Positions 58,948-64,000 of a DNA stretch of 64,000 bases are shown one piece after another. Position numbers and translations under genes: made by a program. This stretch comes from Spirochaetia bacterium. GTDB lineage: Bacteria > Spirochaetota > Spirochaetia > SZUA-6 > Bin103. The DNA lies in assembly GCA_965203515.1 (NCBI GenBank), contig OZ241907.1, positions 3,296,001-3,360,000 on the forward strand, written 5' to 3'. The notes under the pieces are model-generated. The model searched no databases and was not told the origin of the DNA. It saw only the letters and a list, made by a program, of their open reading frames with translations. How positions within the stretch are numbered: position 1 is the stretch's first letter; the number at the start of each line of letters is the position of its first letter.

Positions 58948-60836
58948 GCGATCGGTCACGCGATCGTTCAGGGGATCGGCAGACCGCGCCGCCACCGCGC
59001 GGGCGCATCGGCATGACGCCGTTCGGCTCCGGCGACGACCGGCACGCGGAGCAGGTCGGCCGGACGCTGCTGCGGCTGCTCCGCTATCTGGGGGACATGC
59101 GCCTGACGCTGCTGCTGGTGGTGGTGACGGCGGCGGCCGCCGCCGGCGCGCAGGCGGCGGCGCCGCTGTTCATCGCGCAGGCGGTCGACGGGCTCAAGGC
59201 GTTCGTGGACGGTCAGGCGGGACCGTCGGAGACCGCGCGCGTGCTGGTCGTCGCCATGCTCCTGGTGCTGGCGATCTATCTGGCCGGCTGGCTGGCGGGC
59301 GCCGCCAACAACATCGCCCTGATGGCGATCGGCCAACGGATGATGCTGCGGCTGCGCAGCCAGATCATGGCCAAGGTGCACGCGTTGTCGCTCAGCTACT
59401 TCGACCGCAACAAGGCCGGCGACCTGTTGTCGCGTCTGTCCAACGATACCGACGTGATCAACCGCGCGGTCGGCATGAGCCTGTCGCGGTTGACGTCGAG
59501 CGTGCTGCTGATGGTCGCGATCCTGATCGGGATGCTGGCGCTCAACTGGCGGCTCGCCCTGATCAGCCTTGCGCTGCTGCCGCTGATCTCCCTGTCGACG
59601 GCCCTGTTCTCCCGGCGCGCCCGCGCCGCCTTCCGCAAGACCCGCACGACCATCAGCGGAGTCAGCTCCGAGCTGGAACAGAACATCTCCGGCGCGCGCG
59701 TGGCGCAGGCGTTCAACCGGCAGGGCTGGAACTCGTCGAGCTTCCGGCAGCTCAACCGGGCCAACCGCGACGCCAACGTCGGCGCGGAGTCGCTGACCGC
59801 GGCGTTCGCCCCCACCATGGACGTCATCAGCGCCGTGGGCATCGCCGTGGTGCTGGCCTACGGCGGCTATCTGGCCCGGCTGGAACTGGTCAGCATCGGC
59901 GTGATCGTCGCCTTTCTGCAGTACGTGCGCCGCTTCTTCGAGCCGGTGCAGTCGATCTCCATGATGTGGACGCAGGTGCAGTCGGCGGTCGCCGGCGCCG
60001 AGCGCATCTTCGAGTTGCTGGACGAGGCGCCGCAGGTCCGCGACGCCGGAGACGCCCGCCCGCTGGAGGTCACCGCCGGCCGCGTGGAGCTGGCGCGCGT
60101 CTCCTTTGCGTACGAGCCGGGGACGCCGGTGCTCCGCAACCTCGATCTGGTCGCCGAGCCGGGTCGGACCGTGGCGCTGGTCGGACCGACCGGCGCCGGC
60201 AAGACCACGATCATCAGCCTGTTGGAGCGCTTCTACGACGTGGAGGCGGGCGCGGTGACGATCGACGGCCAGGACATCCGCACCGTGACCCAGGACAGCC
60301 TGCGCCGGAACATCGGCATCGTCCTGCAGGACACCTTTCTGTTCGCGGACACCGTTCGCCACAACATCCGCTACGGCCGGCCGGATGCCGATGACGACGC
60401 GGTGGAGGCGGCCGCGCGCCGCGCGCGGGCGCATGAGTTCATCTCCCGGCTCCCCGACGGCTACGACACCGCGCTGCAGGAAGGGGCCGTCAACCTGAGC
60501 CGCGGCCAGCGGCAGTTGCTGGCCATCGCCCGCGCGTTGCTCAAGGATCCGCGCATCCTGGTGCTGGACGAGGCCACTTCCAACGTCGACACGCGCACCG
60601 AGCTGCTGATCCAGGAAGCCCTGGGCGAGCTGTTGCAGGGCCGCACCAGCTTCGTCATAGCCCACCGGCTGAGTACGGTGCGGCGCGCCGACGTAATCTA
60701 CGTGATCGAAGCCGGCCGCGTCGCCGAGCGCGGCAGCCATGACGAGCTGCTGCGGGCGAACGGCAGCTACGCGCGCATCTACCGGAGCCAGTTCGACCAC
60801 GCGAGCGCCGCAGGCGCGCCCCGATCTCCCGCCTGA
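58944..60836 (+). CDS. ABC exporter TMD-NBD subunit (consensus half of a heterodimer)
   Basis: GPTGAGKT, LSRGQ, LDEATS, AHRL; GTGA overlap with partner gene. Confidence 0.92.
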   Translation: MSDRSRDRSGDRQTAPPPRGRIGMTPFGSGDDRHAEQVGRTLLRLLRYLGDMRLTLLLVVVTAAAAAGAQAAAPLFIAQAVDGLKAFVDGQAGPSETARVLVVAMLLVLAIYLAGWLAGAANNIALMAIGQRMMLRLRSQIMAKVHALSLSYFDRNKAGDLLSRLSNDTDVINRAVGMSLSRLTSSVLLMVAILIGMLALNWRLALISLALLPLISLSTALFSRRARAAFRKTRTTISGVSSELEQNISGARVAQAFNRQGWNSSSFRQLNRANRDANVGAESLTAAFAPTMDVISAVGIAVVLAYGGYLARLELVSIGVIVAFLQYVRRFFEPVQSISMMWTQVQSAVAGAERIFELLDEAPQVRDAGDARPLEVTAGRVELARVSFAYEPGTPVLRNLDLVAEPGRTVALVGPTGAGKTTIISLLERFYDVEAGAVTIDGQDIRTVTQDSLRRNIGIVLQDTFLFADTVRHNIRYGRPDADDDAVEAAARRARAHEFISRLPDGYDTALQEGAVNLSRGQRQLLAIARALLKDPRILVLDEATSNVDTRTELLIQEALGELLQGRTSFVIAHRLSTVRRADVIYVIEAGRVAERGSHDELLRANGSYARIYRSQFDHASAAGAPRSPA

Positions 60837-60922
60837 GCGCACGGTCGGCCGCTCTGCTACCATCCGCCGACAAGACGCGCCGGCGTCTTTCAGGAGGCCG
60901 GCGTCACAGAAAGGCCAGGCCC

Positions 60923-62716
60923 ATGCTCATCAGAACCCCACCCACCGCCGCCGTGACCATCTCCACCCCGACCGCCCCGCCGCACTGGGCGCTCCTGGAA
61001 CGCGAGCTGATGCGCGCCATCGAGGCGGCGATCCCGCCGTTCTTCGACCGCTACTTCGACGAGCGCGGCTACCTCAAGTGCTTCGCGCGCTGGGGGGCGC
61101 TGGACGGCCCCGACGATGCGGCGGAGAACGTGACCAACTGGACCGATTTCTATGCCCTGGGCGGCTCCGAACAGGCGCTCCGGCTGTACCGCCGCGGCAT
61201 CGAAGGCCACATCCGGCAGTACACGGAGGCGCGGACCACCGTCACCAGGCTCGGCGCCGACGGCATGTACTACAAGGAGTTTCCCACCAGCTTCGACTGG
61301 GTCCACAACGGCGAGGGGTATCACTGCCTGTTCCAGGAGGGGCTGTGCGAGCCGTGGAACCCGATCTGGCGGCAGCGCATCTGCCGCTTCGCCGGCTTCT
61401 ACCTGCCGGGCGATCCGGACGAGCCGGCCGAGCCGAACTACGATCCGACACATCGCATCATCCGCAGCGTCCTCAACGGCAGCCGCGGTCCGGTGCTGGG
61501 CACGGCGGAGCCGGTCGACTGGGCCGGCGATCCGTTCGAGATCGAGGGGCGCTTCAAGCCGGGGCGCGGCCACCGCAACTTCGACGACTACCTGTTTCAC
61601 TTCGAGACCTACCGCAACGTCGAAGGCGATATCCCCTTGAACCTGGCCGCTACCGCCATGGCGTTCTACGCCTACGCAGCGACCGGCGACCCCAAGTACA
61701 AGGAGTGGATCGAGGAGTACTCGGACGCCTGGGTGGAGCGCACCTACGCGAACGACGGCCTGATCCCGGCCAACGTGGGGCTGGACGGCGTGGTCGGCAG
61801 CGGCGCGGGCGGCGGCGCCTGGTGGCGCGGCGTCTACGGATGGGGCCACACCGGCGGCTTCTACGGCATCGACGAGCACGGCAAGCCGATCCCCCATCAC
61901 CGCCCCAACTTCCAGCACCGCACCCCGTACGGATTCGGCAACGCGCTGCTGGTGTCCGGCGACCGGAAGTACGTGGACGTCTGGCGGACCGTCATGGAGT
62001 CGGTCAACGAGCACCGCAAGACGGAGGACGGCGTGACGCTCTATCCGCGCATGTACGGCGAGGACGGCTGGTACGACTTCCAGCCGGAACCGTTCGACCG
62101 CGGCGCGCTGGCGGTCTACCACTGGTCGCAGGACCGCCAGCGGGACCACGCGCTGGTCGCGTCCGACCCGTGGGTGCGCTTCCTGGACGGCAAGGACGAC
62201 GACTATCCGGTCCGCACGCTGTCGGCCGACCTGGAGCAGGTGCGCCGCAAGGTGGAGCTGCGCGCGCGGGACGCCCGATCGGCCGACATGCTCCTCTCCG
62301 AGGATCCGAACGGGATCAATCCGGCCGAGGTGTGGGGCCTGGTGCAGCTCATGCTGGGCGGTCTGGCCACGCGCCACGTCGGCGTGCCGTGGCATTGCGC
62401 GGTGCGGTACTTCGACTCGGAGCGGCGGCGCGCCGGCATCCCGCCGGGCGTCGCCTCGCTGGTCGACCATCTGAGCGCGGACGAGGTGGGCGTGCAGCTC
62501 ATCAACCTGGACCCCGTGCACGCCAGGCACCTGGTCCTGCAGTCCGGCGCCTACGCCGAGCACACGATCGACAGCGCGGCGATCGACGGGGAGCGCACCG
62601 AGGTCGGCGGCAGCGCCCTGCAGGTACGGCTGGAACCGGGCGCCGGCGCCCGGCTGCTCCTGCGCGTCCGGCGCTTCGTCAATCAGCCGACCGTCGCCTT
62701 CCCCTGGCCCACGTGA
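60923..62716 (+). CDS. Hypothetical protein, aromatic-rich (possible alpha/alpha-toroid enzyme)
   Basis: 597-aa ORF with host-like codon usage, many W/Y/D; no motif recognised. Confidence 0.75.
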   Translation: MLIRTPPTAAVTISTPTAPPHWALLERELMRAIEAAIPPFFDRYFDERGYLKCFARWGALDGPDDAAENVTNWTDFYALGGSEQALRLYRRGIEGHIRQYTEARTTVTRLGADGMYYKEFPTSFDWVHNGEGYHCLFQEGLCEPWNPIWRQRICRFAGFYLPGDPDEPAEPNYDPTHRIIRSVLNGSRGPVLGTAEPVDWAGDPFEIEGRFKPGRGHRNFDDYLFHFETYRNVEGDIPLNLAATAMAFYAYAATGDPKYKEWIEEYSDAWVERTYANDGLIPANVGLDGVVGSGAGGGAWWRGVYGWGHTGGFYGIDEHGKPIPHHRPNFQHRTPYGFGNALLVSGDRKYVDVWRTVMESVNEHRKTEDGVTLYPRMYGEDGWYDFQPEPFDRGALAVYHWSQDRQRDHALVASDPWVRFLDGKDDDYPVRTLSADLEQVRRKVELRARDARSADMLLSEDPNGINPAEVWGLVQLMLGGLATRHVGVPWHCAVRYFDSERRRAGIPPGVASLVDHLSADEVGVQLINLDPVHARHLVLQSGAYAEHTIDSAAIDGERTEVGGSALQVRLEPGAGARLLLRVRRFVNQPTVAFPWPT

Positions 62717-62746
62717 TCCCCGGCGATACGGGCCGACGCCGTAACG

Positions 62747-63904
62747 TCACTCGTCGTCTCCCGTCAGGATCTGGAGATATTCGTGGTATTCGTAGGTGCG
62801 AGCGTGGCGCTTGCCGGTGATCTCGCGCAGCACGCCCAGGCTCCGGAGCAGCTCGATCGCCTTGCGAGTCGGTGGCGGCGTGATGCCGAGCAGCTTGCCT
62901 GCCTGGGGGACGGTTACCACGGGATGGGACGGAAGGTGCTCCAGCAGCCGGATGGCGGCGACGGTGGGGCGGTCGTGGGCGATGATGAGACGGCGATGGC
63001 GGCCGGCCAGAGCGTGCAACTGCCGGGCGACTTCGACGCCGTCGTCGGCAGCCTCGCGCACGCACTGCAGGAAGAACCGGGTCCAGCCCTCCCAGTCGCC
63101 GTCGGTGCGCACGGCGTCCAGCCGCGCGTAGTACTCCGACTGCGCGCGTCTGAACGCCCGACTGAGATAGAGCAGCGGCTGGTCGAGCAGGCGCCAGTGC
63201 TCGATGAGCAGGGCGATCAGCAGCCGGCCGATGCGGCCGTTGCCGTCCAGGAACGGATGGATCGTCTCGAACTGCACGTGCGCGAGCCCGGCGCGCACCA
63301 GCGGCGGCAGCCCGCAATCGGCGTGCCACCACCGCTCCAGCGCCGTCAGCGCGTCCGGCACCTCTTCGGGCGGCGGCGGGACGAACCGGGCGTTGCCCGG
63401 CCGGCTGCCGCCGATCCAGTTCTGCGAGCGGCGGAGCTCACCCGGCTGCTTGTCCGCGCCGCGCGCGCCGCGCATCAGGCGGCGGTGCGCGTTGCGCAGC
63501 AGGCGGACGCTGAGCGGCAGCCCGTTCGGATCGGCGATCTGCTCGCGGGCGTAGGTGAGGGCTGCCACGTAGTTGAGGACCTCCCGCACGTCGTCGGGGC
63601 GGTCGGCGTGAGCGGTCGCCTCATAGGTGACGGCGTCCCGGAGCGTGGCCTGCGTCCCCTCGATCCGCGAGGTGACGACCGCCTCCTTCCGAACGAACCC
63701 GTAGAGGAACCAGTCGGTGTCCGGCACCATCGCGCCCGCGACCGCAAGTCGGGAGAGCGCAGCCTGGGCGCCGGCGTGGAGCTCCGCCGTCGATCGATCG
63801 ATCGCCAGGGGCGGGTCCGCCGGGGGCAGCGGACCGGGAACGAACGCGCGGACCTGCTCTCCCAGGGTGCTGGTGATGCGGTATCGACCGGTCTGGCGGG
63901 CCAT
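62747..63904 (-). CDS. Fic family protein (Fic_N + Fic + C-terminal HTH)
   Basis: SRIEG inhibitory-helix motif, HPFLDGNGRIGR catalytic motif, C-terminal wHTH (GVLREITGK). Confidence 0.93.
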   Translation of the reverse strand: MARQTGRYRITSTLGEQVRAFVPGPLPPADPPLAIDRSTAELHAGAQAALSRLAVAGAMVPDTDWFLYGFVRKEAVVTSRIEGTQATLRDAVTYEATAHADRPDDVREVLNYVAALTYAREQIADPNGLPLSVRLLRNAHRRLMRGARGADKQPGELRRSQNWIGGSRPGNARFVPPPPEEVPDALTALERWWHADCGLPPLVRAGLAHVQFETIHPFLDGNGRIGRLLIALLIEHWRLLDQPLLYLSRAFRRAQSEYYARLDAVRTDGDWEGWTRFFLQCVREAADDGVEVARQLHALAGRHRRLIIAHDRPTVAAIRLLEHLPSHPVVTVPQAGKLLGITPPPTRKAIELLRSLGVLREITGKRHARTYEYHEYLQILTGDDE

Positions 63905-63911
63905 TCGATGC

Positions 63912-63987
63912 GAAACGCTCCTTTCCTAGTGCCGGAACAATAGAAGCGATCGTTTCTTTGTCAAGTCAGAAAAGAAACGATCCTTTC
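63912..63987. promoter_or_regulatory. fic promoter with three palindromic operator-like boxes (consensus GAAACGATCGTTTC) at 31-bp spacing
   Basis: gaaacgctcctttc 63912, gaagcgatcgtttc 63943, gaaacgatcctttc 63974; minus-strand TTGACA-16-TATTGT brackets the middle box. Confidence 0.8.
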
Positions 63988-64000
63988 TTGTTTAAGATCA

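Noticed and set aside
60872..60890. Hairpin aagacgc-gccg-gcgtctt as terminator after the ABC exporter
   Set aside because: Short stem and only a 3-nt U-run; insufficient support.

Overview
High-GC bacterial chromosomal segment, most likely from a free-living or host-associated member of the Spirochaetia. That assignment is inferred from spirochaete-style lipoproteins and a 'FGEGQDE'-type solute-binding-protein signal. About 50 CDS can be supported. Core content: a long minus-strand cell-envelope/housekeeping run (TPR lipoprotein, MltD, SH3-like lipoprotein, ABC-F, phosphomannomutase, rhomboid, Ldh2), icd, trxA, ychF, a RarA-methyltransferase fusion, peptidases, a sugar ABC importer and a heterodimeric ABC exporter. 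It also holds a complete trpE-trpGD-trpCF-trpB-trpA operon preceded by an unannotated classical attenuator (sigma70 promoter, 24-aa WWW leader peptide, antiterminator and terminator). Accessory/defence content: (i) an ABC/AAA ATPase + DUF4276-like TOPRIM two-gene cassette (28.5-30.5 kb); (ii) a co-oriented island (48.8-57.1 kb) with a split, apparently effector-less STAND-like NTPase immediately upstream of a type III R-M system and an MNT-HEPN pair; (iii) a Fic-HTH gene whose promoter carries three palindromic 14-mers spaced exactly 31 bp apart. Oddities include a 31-bp repeat / 29-bp spacer / 31-bp repeat insertion in the TrpC-TrpF linker and a bacterial GTDC1/QTMAN-like glycosyltransferase. 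No rRNA, tRNA, CRISPR array, integrase or transposase was recognised. All family calls come from motifs read by eye; no database search was run.
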